Shown here: positions 19,495 to 29,388 of the stretch, one piece after another
How the letters are laid out: each line of letters starts with the position of its first letter
Position numbering within the stretch: the stretch's first letter is position 1
Origin: an uncultured Gemmatimonadales bacterium
GTDB taxonomy: Bacteria > Gemmatimonadota > Gemmatimonadetes > Gemmatimonadales > GWC2-71-9
Assembly: GCA_963825055.1 (NCBI GenBank)
Contig: CAWGSK010000009.1
Span: 96,001-160,000 of the forward strand
Direction: 5' to 3'
DNA: 64,000 nucleotides
The notes under the pieces: model-generated
Database searches by the model: none
What the model was told of the DNA's origin: nothing
Seen by the model: the letters and a program-made list of their open reading frames with translations, nothing else
Made by a program: the position numbers and the translations under genes

Positions 19495-20076
19495 TCCCGT
19501 CCGGCGCACGGCCCCCACCACCAGCGCGATCTCCACATCATCGCCGAGCAGGACCCCGCCACCCTCGACCGCACGGTTCCACGTCACGCCATAGTCAAGC
19601 CGGTTGATCGTCGTCGTGGCCTCGAATGCGACCCGGTCCCGGCCATCGGGTGACGAGAGCGTCCCGAGCAGCGCGCCCCGCAGCGTGACCGGCCTTGCCA
19701 CCCCGTGCATCGTGAGATCCCCCGTGACGAAGATCGAATCGCCCTGCATGGCCACGGAGGTGCTGTGGAATTCGATCGTCGGGTAATTCGCCACGTCGAA
19801 GAAGTTGTCCGAGCGCAGGTCGCGATCACGCCGGTCGTTGCCGGTGTCGATGCTCGAGGCGTCAATGACGACGTCCACCCTGCCGGCCGCCCACTCCCCG
19901 GACTCGGCGAGGATGGTACCCTCCCACTTCGTGAACGTGCCACGCACCCGGCTCACCATGTGGCGAATGCGGAACGAGAGTTCCGAGTGGTTATGGTCGA
20001 TCGTCCAGGCGGTCGTGTCAGCGCGAACGGGAGGAGAGGCCAGCAGCGTGAGGGCGGTGAGGGCGTGAATCAGCAT
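19477..20076 (-). CDS. YceI family protein
   Basis: HSELSFRIRH, RDRDLRSDNFFD, INRLDYGV, signal peptide. Confidence 0.9.
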   Translation of the reverse strand: MLIHALTALTLLASPPVRADTTAWTIDHNHSELSFRIRHMVSRVRGTFTKWEGTILAESGEWAAGRVDVVIDASSIDTGNDRRDRDLRSDNFFDVANYPTIEFHSTSVAMQGDSIFVTGDLTMHGVARPVTLRGALLGTLSSPDGRDRVAFEATTTINRLDYGVTWNRAVEGGGVLLGDDVEIALVVGAVRRTGSAAGS

Positions 20077-20098
20077 GGGCCAGGGGTTTGGGGGTGGA

Positions 20099-20135
20099 GA
20101 AACGAAGGGCCCGACCCCTGTGGCCGGGCCCCTCG
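20099..20135 (-). terminator. Intrinsic terminator
   Basis: Minus strand GAGGGGCCCGGCC-ACAGG-GGTCGGGCCCTTC followed by GTTTCT. Confidence 0.65.
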
Positions 20136-20174
20136 AATCATACGCGGGAAGCCGTCGGTTTGTTGCGACGGCCT

Positions 20175-21074
20175 CTAGGGCGTCACCGTGCGCGTGACCG
20201 TGTACTGCCCGCAGCCGGTGTGCTCGACCACGACCGTCGTGGTGACGTCATTGCGGGTAACCAGGTGGGTGACCGTCCCGCTGTCGAATTTCGGCGCGAT
20301 GAGGCAGGCGGCGGCGTAGTGCAGGTTCTCGGTGGCCGTGGTGATGGACCAGGTGCGGCCGCCTTCTCCTGTCCAGGTGGCCGTGCCGTTCACGGCCAGG
20401 ATACCGCCGGGCAGGCGCTGGTGCTGCATGATGGAGCCGGGAACGTCGGCAGTGAACGTCGCATTCCAGTCCTTGACGAGCGACGCCGTAAAGCCCGAGG
20501 CAAACGAATGGTCAGCCCGGAAATCCACCAGGGTATGGGTGATGGCGTCGTGGTTGCCGGTGACCTGGCGCAGGCCGTTCCGGACGACGGAATGGCTGCG
20601 CGGGGGCTGTACCCCGGTATTCGTGCGGGATACCGCGTAGTCATGGAAAATGAACGTCACGCCGAAATCGTCGCTGGCGCCGGTCGGGTCCAGGACATCG
20701 ATGATCCCGGAGATCTCCAGGGTAAAGTTGCCGCGGGAGAAACTGCAGTCCGTGAACTCGAACCGGACCGAGTCGGGCACGGCGTCGCCGTCGGTGTTCG
20801 CCGGCGGGTTGGGCGAGATCGTCGGGAAGCAGGGCGGCGGAGCCGGGAATACCGGACCATTCACTCCCGACGGCGGAGCCAGCTGCACGGCCGTCGACAG
20901 GTCGAGCGTGGAAGCGTCGAGCAACTCGTCCACGTCCAGGGCCGCCGCGTCGGCGACTTCCTGCGCCTCGCTCGCCGTCATTTCACCCGACCCCGGGCTG
21001 GAAGAGTCACTGCAGGCCACCAGGCCCAGGACCATCAGGCCCACGCCGGCCAGGAAAGAATGTCGCATCCGCAT
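20175..21074 (-). CDS. Hypothetical beta-rich lipoprotein
   Basis: GAGGAG RBS, MRMRHSFLAGVGLMVLGLVA-C lipobox, Thr-rich. This is the real 3' part of the 821-aa track ORF. Confidence 0.8.
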   Translation of the reverse strand: MRMRHSFLAGVGLMVLGLVACSDSSSPGSGEMTASEAQEVADAAALDVDELLDASTLDLSTAVQLAPPSGVNGPVFPAPPPCFPTISPNPPANTDGDAVPDSVRFEFTDCSFSRGNFTLEISGIIDVLDPTGASDDFGVTFIFHDYAVSRTNTGVQPPRSHSVVRNGLRQVTGNHDAITHTLVDFRADHSFASGFTASLVKDWNATFTADVPGSIMQHQRLPGGILAVNGTATWTGEGGRTWSITTATENLHYAAACLIAPKFDSGTVTHLVTRNDVTTTVVVEHTGCGQYTVTRTVTP

Positions 21075-21167
21075 GTCGGTAACTCCTCGCAAGAGTGCGT
21101 CCAGCCGCTGGGGGGCGCGGCAACTGCTGAGACGCACCCGACAGGATGAGGTTAAGCACTCCCGGGG

Positions 21168-21186
21168 AAATGTGACCCGCGTCACA
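21168..21186. promoter_or_regulatory. CRP/FNR-type palindrome
   Basis: AAATGTGAC-CCGC-GTCACA in a divergent intergenic region. Confidence 0.6.
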
Positions 21187-21323
21187 CGTGCAGCGGGCTG
21201 CACGGGACAAGGTCCGCTGGTTGCGCCAGTGACGTTGCCGCCGCGAGTTCCCGCCGCGTGACATTCGACGATCGCATCGTGCCGAACTGGTAGCCCCGCG
21301 GCCCGGCCACTATCCTTCCGGCC

Positions 21324-23066
21324 ATGCAGCCGGTCCTTCCCGTCTCGGAAATCCAGGCAGCGCTCCTCCAGGCCACCATCACCCTTGGCCTCGTGATCCT
21401 CTGTGCCTGGCTCTACCGGCAGTACCGGAAACCGTATTTTCTGTGGTGGGCCATCGCCTGGGGGACCTACCTCCTGCGCATCGGGGCCATCGTCAGCTTC
21501 GTCTTCACCAACAACCGCGACTGGCTCTACTGGCACCAGGTCGTCACCGGCTGGACCGCCCTGGCCCTCCTCTGGGCCGCCCTGATCTTTTCCCGGGCCA
21601 TCCGCTGGCGCCTGTGGTACATCGGGCTCATACTGTTCCCGCCGCTCTGGTCGTACGTGGCGATCTACCGGCTGGAAAACTTCCTGCTGGCCGCCGGCCC
21701 CGCCGTGCTGTTCCTCTCCCTCGCCACGCTCTGGACCGGCCTGGTGTTCCTCCGGTACTGGCGACGGGTCCGCTCGCCCGGCGCGGCGGTGCTCGCCTTC
21801 TCCCTCCTGCTGTGGAGCCTGCACCACCTGGACTACCCGCTGCTCCGGGCCCGCGGAGCGTGGTCGCCGTGGGGCTATTACCTCGATATCCTGTTCATCC
21901 TGGCGGTCGGCGCCGGCATCCTGATGCTGGTCCTGGAGGATGAACACCGCGGCCTCACGGCGCTCGCGGCCCTCTCGGGCGACCTCCAGCGCGCCGGCCG
22001 GGAGGAGTCCGACGCGCTCGACGGCCTCCTGGCACGGCCCCTGAGCCTGGCGGGAGTCCGGGGCAGCGCACTCTACGAGCTCGATGAGGGAGACGGCCAC
22101 ATCGTGCGGGGCGCGGGGGCATGCGAGTCCTGGGACCGGCCCGGAATGCCTCACCCGACGCTGGCCGAGCTCGCCGTCCTGGTGCGCCAGGGGCGTCCGG
22201 CCCTGCTGCGCGAGTGGTCGGGCCAGCAGGACGTGCATGCCTATGCGGCGGTACTTCCGCTGTTCCGCGGCGCCGCGGTGCACGGCGCGCTCGTCATCGT
22301 GGGAGATTCGCGCGACCCGTTCACCGCGCTGGACGAGAAGTTCCTTCGCGCGCTGGGCCAGCAGGTCGGCGCGGCCCTGGAGAACGCCGACCTCGACCGC
22401 CGGCTCCGGCTCCGGACCCGCGAACTCGAGCTCCTGAGCGCCCGGATGGTGGAGCAGCACGAGGAGCAGCGGCGACGCCTGAGTCTCGAGCTCCATGACG
22501 AAACCGCCCAGGTATTCTCCGCGGTGAAGATGCAGCTCGGGGTGCTGCGGGAATCCGCCGAGCCGGCCGTGGCGGCCCGGCTCGAGCATGTGCTGGACCT
22601 GGTGGACGACGGCATCACCAGCATACGCAACGTCACGCACGACCTCCGGCCTCCCCTGCTCGATGACCTCGGGCTCGTCCCGGCCCTCCGCGCCCTGGTC
22701 ACCGAGTTCAGCGAACGATCGGGCCTGGACGTCGCATTCGAGGCGCCGGCCACCATGCCCCGGCTGTCACCCGAGGCGGACCTGGCGCTCTTCCGCGCCC
22801 TCCAGGAGGGACTCTCGAATGTCGCCCGCCACGCGGACGCCGGAAGTGCCCGTGCTGCGCTCGCCCTCGAGGACGGGGTCGTGGAGCTGATACTCCTTGA
22901 CGATGGCTGTGGACTGGACCCCGGTGATACCATTGAGACACTCGCCGACGGCCGCATGGGGCTGGCCGGCATGCGCGAGCGGATCGCCCTGCTGGGAGGG
23001 AGCGTGCTGCTGGACAATCGCAGTGACGGGGGCGCCCACCTCGAAATCCGGGTGCCCCTCTCGTGA
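21324..23066 (+). CDS. Membrane sensor histidine kinase (HisKA_3 type, GAF-like region)
   Basis: About 7 N-terminal TM, ELHDETAQ H-box, QEGLSNVARHA, DDGCG, GLAGMRER. Confidence 0.9.
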   Translation: MQPVLPVSEIQAALLQATITLGLVILCAWLYRQYRKPYFLWWAIAWGTYLLRIGAIVSFVFTNNRDWLYWHQVVTGWTALALLWAALIFSRAIRWRLWYIGLILFPPLWSYVAIYRLENFLLAAGPAVLFLSLATLWTGLVFLRYWRRVRSPGAAVLAFSLLLWSLHHLDYPLLRARGAWSPWGYYLDILFILAVGAGILMLVLEDEHRGLTALAALSGDLQRAGREESDALDGLLARPLSLAGVRGSALYELDEGDGHIVRGAGACESWDRPGMPHPTLAELAVLVRQGRPALLREWSGQQDVHAYAAVLPLFRGAAVHGALVIVGDSRDPFTALDEKFLRALGQQVGAALENADLDRRLRLRTRELELLSARMVEQHEEQRRRLSLELHDETAQVFSAVKMQLGVLRESAEPAVAARLEHVLDLVDDGITSIRNVTHDLRPPLLDDLGLVPALRALVTEFSERSGLDVAFEAPATMPRLSPEADLALFRALQEGLSNVARHADAGSARAALALEDGVVELILLDDGCGLDPGDTIETLADGRMGLAGMRERIALLGGSVLLDNRSDGGAHLEIRVPLS

Positions 23067-23725
23067 CCGGGGAGGTCATCCGCGTCCTGGTCGCCGACGA
23101 CCACGCCGTCGTCCGGGAAGGGATCCGTCACGTCCTGACCGGCGCCCCCGGTTACGACGTGGTGGCAGAGGCGTCCTCCGGGGACGAGGCCGTCCGCCTT
23201 GCGGAAGAACACCGGCCGGATGTCGTGGTGCTGGATATCTCAATGCCGGGCGGCTCCGGCCTCGACGCCACGGCCGAGCTCCGCAAGCGGGTGCCCACGG
23301 CTCGGATCCTGATTCTGAGCATCCATGACCATAGCGAGTACGTCGTGGGCAGTGTCCAGGCCGGCGCCCATGGCTACCTGCGGAAGGACGCCGCGCCCGC
23401 AGAGCTGCGCGAGGCGATCCGCACCGTCTTCCGGGGCGAGGCGTTCTTCAGCCCCGCCGTCGCGCAACGATTGAGCGATGGTGTCCGCAGCGCGACGCGC
23501 CGCGCCGCCCGGCGGGAGAAACTGCACACCCTCACCGGCCGCGAGCGCGAGGTGCTCGAGGGTATCGCCAGCGGGCTCACCAACAAAGAGATCGCCGGCC
23601 GGCTGGGCATCAGCCCGCGCACGGTCGAGACCCACCGCGAGAGCGTCATGCGGAAACTCGGCATTCGTACGGTGGCCGGACTCACCCGGCTCGCACTGGA
23701 CTCGGGCCTGCTGCGCGGCGAGTAG
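23063..23725 (+). CDS. NarL/LuxR family response regulator
   Basis: VADDH, LDISMP, LTGREREVL...ISPRTVETHR. GTGA overlap with the kinase. Confidence 0.93.
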   Translation: MTGEVIRVLVADDHAVVREGIRHVLTGAPGYDVVAEASSGDEAVRLAEEHRPDVVVLDISMPGGSGLDATAELRKRVPTARILILSIHDHSEYVVGSVQAGAHGYLRKDAAPAELREAIRTVFRGEAFFSPAVAQRLSDGVRSATRRAARREKLHTLTGREREVLEGIASGLTNKEIAGRLGISPRTVETHRESVMRKLGIRTVAGLTRLALDSGLLRGE

Positions 23726-23729
23726 GAAC

Positions 23730-23769
23730 TCCGTACAACTACCGATCCACCTCTCCGTACCATTCCGAA
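23730..23769 (+). promoter_or_regulatory. Two tandem imperfect 6-4-6 palindromes, candidate response-regulator sites
   Basis: TCCGTA-CAAC-TACCGA and TCCGTA-CCAT-TCCGAA, starts 24 bp apart. Confidence 0.5.
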
Positions 23770-23852
23770 TACCTCACCCACCCGGGGCTTGGTAGTGTGA
23801 TATCACGGCCCCTGAACCGGGCCGGACGCTCCTCCAACCACCGGAATGACTC

Positions 23853-26009
23853 GTGTTGAACCGACTGCGTATCCCGCTCACGGCCACGGCACTCGCCGCG
23901 GGGTGCCTGGTACCCATGACGGCCCGCGCCCAGGAGCAGGGCACCGATACCACCCGCGTCGTGCAACTCGACCCCGTCACCGTAACCGCCACCCGCACCC
24001 CGAAGAAGCTGTTCAACGCCCCCGCCCCTGTTTCCGTCCTCGACACCGCTGAAGTCCGCCGTCAGCAGCCGAACACCGCGGCCGACATGTTCCGCCAGGT
24101 ACCGGGGCTCGACATCACGGGCGTCGGAACCAACCAGACCCGGCCGGCCATCCGTGGCCAGCGCGGCCAGCGGATTCTGCTCCTCGAGGACGGGCTCCGG
24201 CTCAACAATTCCCGGCGGCAGCAGGACTTCGGGGAGCTGCCGGCCCTCGTGGACGTCTCTGGTCTTGACCGGGTCGAAATCGTCAGGGGCCCCGCATCGG
24301 TGCTCTACGGCACCGATGCCATCGGCGGCGTCGTCAACCTGATCACCGCCGGCCTCCCGGGGCGGGAGGCGCCCCCGCTCAGGGGCGGCATCTCCTACCG
24401 GTACAGCACCGACGACCGCCAGCAGCACCCCGCAGGGGAGCTCGTGGGCCGCTTCGGCCGCTGGTCGTTCCGTGGAGGCGCCTCCTACCGGGAGACCGGT
24501 TCATATGACGCGCCGGCCGGGACGTTCGGCAACGTGACATTCGATGAGAAGACCCGCGTGCATGACACGGGCGTCCAGGACGAGTCATACCGCGCGATGC
24601 TCGGCTTCGATCTGGCCCCGAACCAGCAGGTGTTCGCGCGCGGCGAGTGGTACACCGCGCACGATGCCGGCTTCGGCTATGTCGACCCGGGCCCCAACGA
24701 GCCGTTCATCCAGCTCCGCTACCCCAACCAGGACGTCCAGCGCTACTCCATCGGGTACCACGGCACCGGCCTCGGCACCGGGCTTGCCGACCGGATCGAG
24801 GTCACGACATACACCCAGGACAACAAGCGGACCTTCACCCAGAATATCTTCATACCCTTCGGGCCCCCTGGCGCGGGCCTGGCGTACGACGCCCACAATT
24901 TCACCGACCTCTCCACATGGGGCGGACGCGCCGAGGCCACCAAGGCGATCGGCGGCACGACGCTCCTGACCTGGGGCTTCGATTTCTTCCGCGACCGCTC
25001 TGACAACACCGACTCCAGCACACAGACCGTGGTCGGGTTCGGGCCGCCGCAGTCCTCCACCAGCACCACACCGCAGGTGCCGAATGCCACGTACCTGAGC
25101 GGTGGTGGCTTCGCGCAGGCCGACATCGGCCTGACCAGCCGCCTGTCGGTGGTGCTCGGCGCGCGGCTCCAGTCCGTGCACACGGAAACCCGTGCCACGC
25201 CGGGCCTGCCGGATTCATCGTTCTCCAGCACCGACCGCACCGTGGTCGGCGCGGCCAACGTCCTGTACGGCCTGACCGGGAACCTGAACCTCGTCGGGGC
25301 CGTTGGCCGCGGCTTCCGTTCACCCAACATCATCGAGCGGTACTTCAACGGGCCCACCCCCGAAGGCAACGGCTTCCAGGTCCGGAACCCCGACCTCAAG
25401 CCCGAAACGAGCGTCAACGTCGACCTCGGCCTCAAGTTCCGGCGGGGCAATGTCTATCTCGAAGGGTTCGTCTTCCGCAACGAGATCCATGACGGCGTCC
25501 GTATCGAGGCCACCGGCGACAGCGTAGGCCCCTTTCCAGCCTTCCAGAATGTCAACGTTGACCGGCTCCGGTTCACCGGCGCGGAGGTGTATGGGGAGTT
25601 CGCCTTCCTGAACGGCTTCGCGCTGAGCACGAACTTCTCCCACATTCGCTCGAAGGACGTGAAGAACCCGGGGAATCCGGTGGGCGACACCTACGCGGAC
25701 CGGCTGGGGGGGGAGTTGCGCTACCGGGATCCCGATGGCCGCTTCTGGCTGGGCGGCGCCGTGCGGCACAACTGGGAGCAGAAGGAAATCGTCCTCGGGA
25801 CCAGTCCCGTGGGCCCGGTCCTGCCGGCGTTCACGGTGCTGTCGGCCCGCGCCGGTGGCCGGCTCTTCAACGTGGGGGGCGTATCGAACAACCTGACCGT
25901 GGCGGTGGAAAACCTGACCAACGAACTCTACGCCGAGTCCGCCAATGCCAGCTTCTTCCGGCCGGAGCCGGGTCGCCGGCTGATCGTGGGCCTCACGTCA
26001 ACCTTCTGA
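23853..26009 (+). CDS. TonB-dependent outer membrane receptor
   Basis: Signal peptide, TonB box DPVTVTA, plug RVEIVRGPASVLYGTDAIGGVVN, FRSP...NPDLKPE, terminal Phe. Confidence 0.92.
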   Translation: MLNRLRIPLTATALAAGCLVPMTARAQEQGTDTTRVVQLDPVTVTATRTPKKLFNAPAPVSVLDTAEVRRQQPNTAADMFRQVPGLDITGVGTNQTRPAIRGQRGQRILLLEDGLRLNNSRRQQDFGELPALVDVSGLDRVEIVRGPASVLYGTDAIGGVVNLITAGLPGREAPPLRGGISYRYSTDDRQQHPAGELVGRFGRWSFRGGASYRETGSYDAPAGTFGNVTFDEKTRVHDTGVQDESYRAMLGFDLAPNQQVFARGEWYTAHDAGFGYVDPGPNEPFIQLRYPNQDVQRYSIGYHGTGLGTGLADRIEVTTYTQDNKRTFTQNIFIPFGPPGAGLAYDAHNFTDLSTWGGRAEATKAIGGTTLLTWGFDFFRDRSDNTDSSTQTVVGFGPPQSSTSTTPQVPNATYLSGGGFAQADIGLTSRLSVVLGARLQSVHTETRATPGLPDSSFSSTDRTVVGAANVLYGLTGNLNLVGAVGRGFRSPNIIERYFNGPTPEGNGFQVRNPDLKPETSVNVDLGLKFRRGNVYLEGFVFRNEIHDGVRIEATGDSVGPFPAFQNVNVDRLRFTGAEVYGEFAFLNGFALSTNFSHIRSKDVKNPGNPVGDTYADRLGGELRYRDPDGRFWLGGAVRHNWEQKEIVLGTSPVGPVLPAFTVLSARAGGRLFNVGGVSNNLTVAVENLTNELYAESANASFFRPEPGRRLIVGLTSTF

Positions 26010-26016
26010 GTCGCCC

Positions 26017-26742
26017 ATGCGCTCCTTCGTCTCGTTCATTCCTCTCGCCACCACGGCGTTTGCCCTCTGGTTCGCGGTCGTGCTCTTCCGCCGGTACGCG
26101 GAAACCGGGCACCGGCCCCACCTGCTCTGGTGGGGCATCGGCGCGGCGCTCTACGCGGCGGGCACGATTACCGAATCGGCCACCACCCTTTTCGGCTGGC
26201 ACGAGCCGATCTTCCGCGCGTGGTACATCAGCGGCGCGCTGCTCGGGGGCGCGCCGCTCGCGCAGGGCACGGTCTACCTGCTCATGCCCCGCCGCGTGGC
26301 CGACCGCCTGACCGCCGTCCTCGTCACGGTGGTGGCGATCGCGGCGACCTGCGTCCTCCTCACACCCCTGCACTACGAACTGGTGGAGCCCTACCGGCTC
26401 TCGGGGAAGGTGATCGCCTGGACCTGGGTCCGGTTCTTCAGCCCGTTCATCAACCTCTACGCCGCCAGCTTCCTCATCGGGGGCGCGGCATACTCCGCCT
26501 GGCGCTACCGACGCTATCCGGAGACCCGCCACCGTATGATCGGCAACATCCTGATCGCGGTCGGGGCCCTCCTCCCCGGCATCGGGGGCACCTTCACCCG
26601 CTTCGGGCATACCGAGGTGCTGTACGTGACCGAGTTCATCGGAATCGTGCTGATCTACTTCGGCTACCGGTTCAACGTCATGCCGGTTGGCATCCGGTCC
26701 ACCCTCTCCCCGGCCGCCAGGCCGGCAGCCCACCCGGGGTGA
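26017..26742 (+). CDS. Hypothetical polytopic membrane protein (about 7 TM)
   Basis: Hydrophobic segments throughout, 7 nt downstream of the receptor. Confidence 0.75.
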   Translation: MRSFVSFIPLATTAFALWFAVVLFRRYAETGHRPHLLWWGIGAALYAAGTITESATTLFGWHEPIFRAWYISGALLGGAPLAQGTVYLLMPRRVADRLTAVLVTVVAIAATCVLLTPLHYELVEPYRLSGKVIAWTWVRFFSPFINLYAASFLIGGAAYSAWRYRRYPETRHRMIGNILIAVGALLPGIGGTFTRFGHTEVLYVTEFIGIVLIYFGYRFNVMPVGIRSTLSPAARPAAHPG

Positions 26743-26786
26743 CCTGAGTCACGCGCCGGGGGCCCCGGCCCGGCTATGTTTCCACC

Positions 26787-27950
26787 ATGCCTGACGACCG
26801 CCAGCAGGACCCGGGAACGAACCCGGCCGCGCCCTCCCCCCAGGGGGGGCGGCGGCGCGTCCGGCACTTGGACGACGCGGTGCTCGACCAGCTTCTGGAG
26901 ACGGAGCCGGAGCAGGCGCTGGTGGGTGATGTCACGCTGCACGTGACCGAGTGCGGGGCATGCCGGACCACGCTGGAGGAGTGGACCACGCTCTTTCCGC
27001 AACTGGACGTCGTCCTGCCCCGGATCCCGCGGGCCCAGGCCGGGGCAGGCCTGCATCCACCCGCTCCCAGAGTCGTCATCCCCGACAACGAGCCGCCCCG
27101 CCGGCCGCGCCAGACCCACCGGCTGGCCTGGGGCATGGTCGTGGTGCTGCTGGCCGCGGTCGTCGTGCTGGCCTGGCAGCTGTTCCTGCGGCCCGAACCA
27201 GCCCCGAAAACAGCCGTGGCGGTCACGCCTGTCGCGCCCACACCCATTGCAGCCACCGTCCCGCCACCAGCCGATTCCTCTTCGGATTCTGCCCTGGGCA
27301 CCGTGATCCTGACGAGCCCGGCCGTAGTGGTGAATACTGCGGCGGCGCCGACGGACACCGCCGGCCCGCAGGCCTCGCCCGGCCGTGAGGATGGCCTCGC
27401 GGCGGGGGTCACCGAGGCCCGCGAACCCCGCCCCACGCCCCCACGCGCTGCCCCGGTCAAGCCCGAACCGGAACCGGAGGCACCCCCGGCGCGGCAGCCC
27501 GCCTCGTTTCCGCGGAAGGCGCCGGTCGAAACCCGGCCCGTGCAGAGCGGCGCGCGCGAGTCATCGCCCACGGACATGGCGAACCTGGCACCCACCTTCC
27601 GGCGGATCGAGCTCGGCGATGGCATCGAGGCCCTCGGCGGCACCATCCGCACCCTGTCGGGCCTGACGCCGGAAGAGGTCTACATCGCGCCCGGACGGAT
27701 CGTCCCGGGCGCCCGGGAGGACAGGCCGCTGGTGCGCCTGGCCTATCGGACGTCCTCGGGCGACCGGCTCATCCTCGACCAGCAGCGCCTTGACGCGTCG
27801 TCCGACTCCCCGGAGGCGTCAATTGCCGTGAGCACGTCGGCGAGCGGCGTTACCGTAGCGCAGTGGATCGATCGGGAGGGCTTCTCGATTTCCCTCGCCG
27901 GCCACATGGACCAGGACGAGCTGCTCAGGTACGCAAACCAGCTTCAGTAG
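26787..27950 (+). CDS. Anti-sigma-like protein (zf-HC2 motif, TM, Pro-rich linker)
   Basis: HVTECGAC (HxxxCxxC), one TM helix, C-terminal extracytoplasmic domain. Confidence 0.6.
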   Translation: MPDDRQQDPGTNPAAPSPQGGRRRVRHLDDAVLDQLLETEPEQALVGDVTLHVTECGACRTTLEEWTTLFPQLDVVLPRIPRAQAGAGLHPPAPRVVIPDNEPPRRPRQTHRLAWGMVVVLLAAVVVLAWQLFLRPEPAPKTAVAVTPVAPTPIAATVPPPADSSSDSALGTVILTSPAVVVNTAAAPTDTAGPQASPGREDGLAAGVTEAREPRPTPPRAAPVKPEPEPEAPPARQPASFPRKAPVETRPVQSGARESSPTDMANLAPTFRRIELGDGIEALGGTIRTLSGLTPEEVYIAPGRIVPGAREDRPLVRLAYRTSSGDRLILDQQRLDASSDSPEASIAVSTSASGVTVAQWIDREGFSISLAGHMDQDELLRYANQLQ

Positions 27951-29388
27951 GCGCCGGCTCCCGTCCCATCCCCTCCCACATCCGCTCCACCAGCCAGCGC
28001 GCCTCCCGCTTGTCTCGGATAGCGCCACCGGCCTTCACCTTTCCGCCGCCGACGAAGTGCACCTCGATATCGTAGTAGGGCGTCGATCCACTCTGCATCC
28101 CGATGGAAAGTGTGATGTCCGCGACGTCGGCTGGCCGGAACTCGCGCGTCCGGCCGAGGCCCAGGATCGTGTTCCGGATACGCAGGTGATCAGGCCCGGC
28201 CACGATGGTGACCCGCTGGAACCAGAGCGTGAGCAGGCCCAGGAACAGCAGCACGTCGAAGAAGCCGAAGACGATCACGAAGAGAAGGCCCGCGTCCGCC
28301 CGGGCGAGGAACCAGGTGACGCCGCTCCAGATGAGGAAGAAGAACGTGAGGAAGATGCCCGGCCCGGGGTTCCGTGCCGGCGGGAAGACGATCTTCGTGC
28401 CCCGGCGGTTGCTGCTGACGAGAATCGGGGAGGACGGGTCGTGCCGGGCTTCCGGCTCGGCATCCACGGCCGGCGCCTCATCCACCACACGCGCGCCGGC
28501 CACCGGGAACACGGGCACCTCGAAGCTGCTGGCGTAGTCCACGCCGGGGACTTCCGCCGAGACTGCCAGGCGCCAGACCACCCGGTTGGACATGTCGGAG
28601 TCGTCCGAGGAGAGCGCGTCGCGTGGGATGGTGAAGGCGATGGGAAGGCTGGCACCGGCCCAGTCGATCCGGTGCTCGACGGTGCGCACCGTCCGCTCTT
28701 CCTGCCAGAGAACCTTCTCGGTTGTCTTTCGATCGTCGCCACTCCCCCTCACCTCGATACGCAGGCATGACAGCGTGACGTGAAATCCCCCGGCGGGATC
28801 CATGTCAACTGGCGCGCGGAGCGTTGCCTCCAGCCGCCCCCCGATGGGAGCGGGGAGCGAGTCCAGCTCGAGGATGGAGGTCCCGTACCGGCGATAACGG
28901 AGGGCCGCATGGAGCGCCCATGCCGCGAGACCGACCCCGATGAGGGGGAAAAGGAGCAGCACCAGCGCCATCCACTCCCGCTGCGCCAGCAGTTCCGGCA
29001 GCAGCACCACGGCCACCGGCCAGCTCACCGCATTCCAGAAGAAGGCGAATGCGATCGCGGCGATCATTCCCCCGCGATTGGAGTCGGCCACGCGGCCGGC
29101 ACGCCAGTCCGGACGCCAGAGCCAGGGAGATTCCGGCGCTTCCTCACGTGCCGCCTCGAGCACCCGCAGCTGCTTCCCCGCTGCCCTGCCGACCAGAAGC
29201 ACGGCGGTCCCGGCACCCGCGAACACCACACCGAAGCCAAGCAGGCCCAGGCCACCCTCGAGCGATCCCCCGGCCAGCTGCACTGCGCCGCCGACCATCG
29301 CACCGACCCCGAACAGGATGAACGGCAGGGAGAACAGCATGAGGCAGCCCGCTCCCATGTTCTTCGAGCCCGTGACAGTGACGTTCAA
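27925..29388 (-). CDS. Hypothetical membrane protein
   Basis: Three TM hairpins with soluble beta domains. TTG overlaps the upstream stop; alternative ATG near 29358. Confidence 0.7.
   Translation of the reverse strand: MNVTVTGSKNMGAGCLMLFSLPFILFGVGAMVGGAVQLAGGSLEGGLGLLGFGVVFAGAGTAVLLVGRAAGKQLRVLEAAREEAPESPWLWRPDWRAGRVADSNRGGMIAAIAFAFFWNAVSWPVAVVLLPELLAQREWMALVLLLFPLIGVGLAAWALHAALRYRRYGTSILELDSLPAPIGGRLEATLRAPVDMDPAGGFHVTLSCLRIEVRGSGDDRKTTEKVLWQEERTVRTVEHRIDWAGASLPIAFTIPRDALSSDDSDMSNRVVWRLAVSAEVPGVDYASSFEVPVFPVAGARVVDEAPAVDAEPEARHDPSSPILVSSNRRGTKIVFPPARNPGPGIFLTFFFLIWSGVTWFLARADAGLLFVIVFGFFDVLLFLGLLTLWFQRVTIVAGPDHLRIRNTILGLGRTREFRPADVADITLSIGMQSGSTPYYDIEVHFVGGGKVKAGGAIRDKREARWLVERMWEGMGREPAPTEAGLRT

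Noticed and set aside
20175..22640. 821-aa minus-strand ORF
   Set aside because: The 5' part is the antisense shadow of the kinase. The real gene starts at 21074 with an RBS and lipobox.
23726..23852. Cobalamin or other riboswitch ahead of the TonB receptor
   Set aside because: The region is short and I see no recognisable aptamer motifs.
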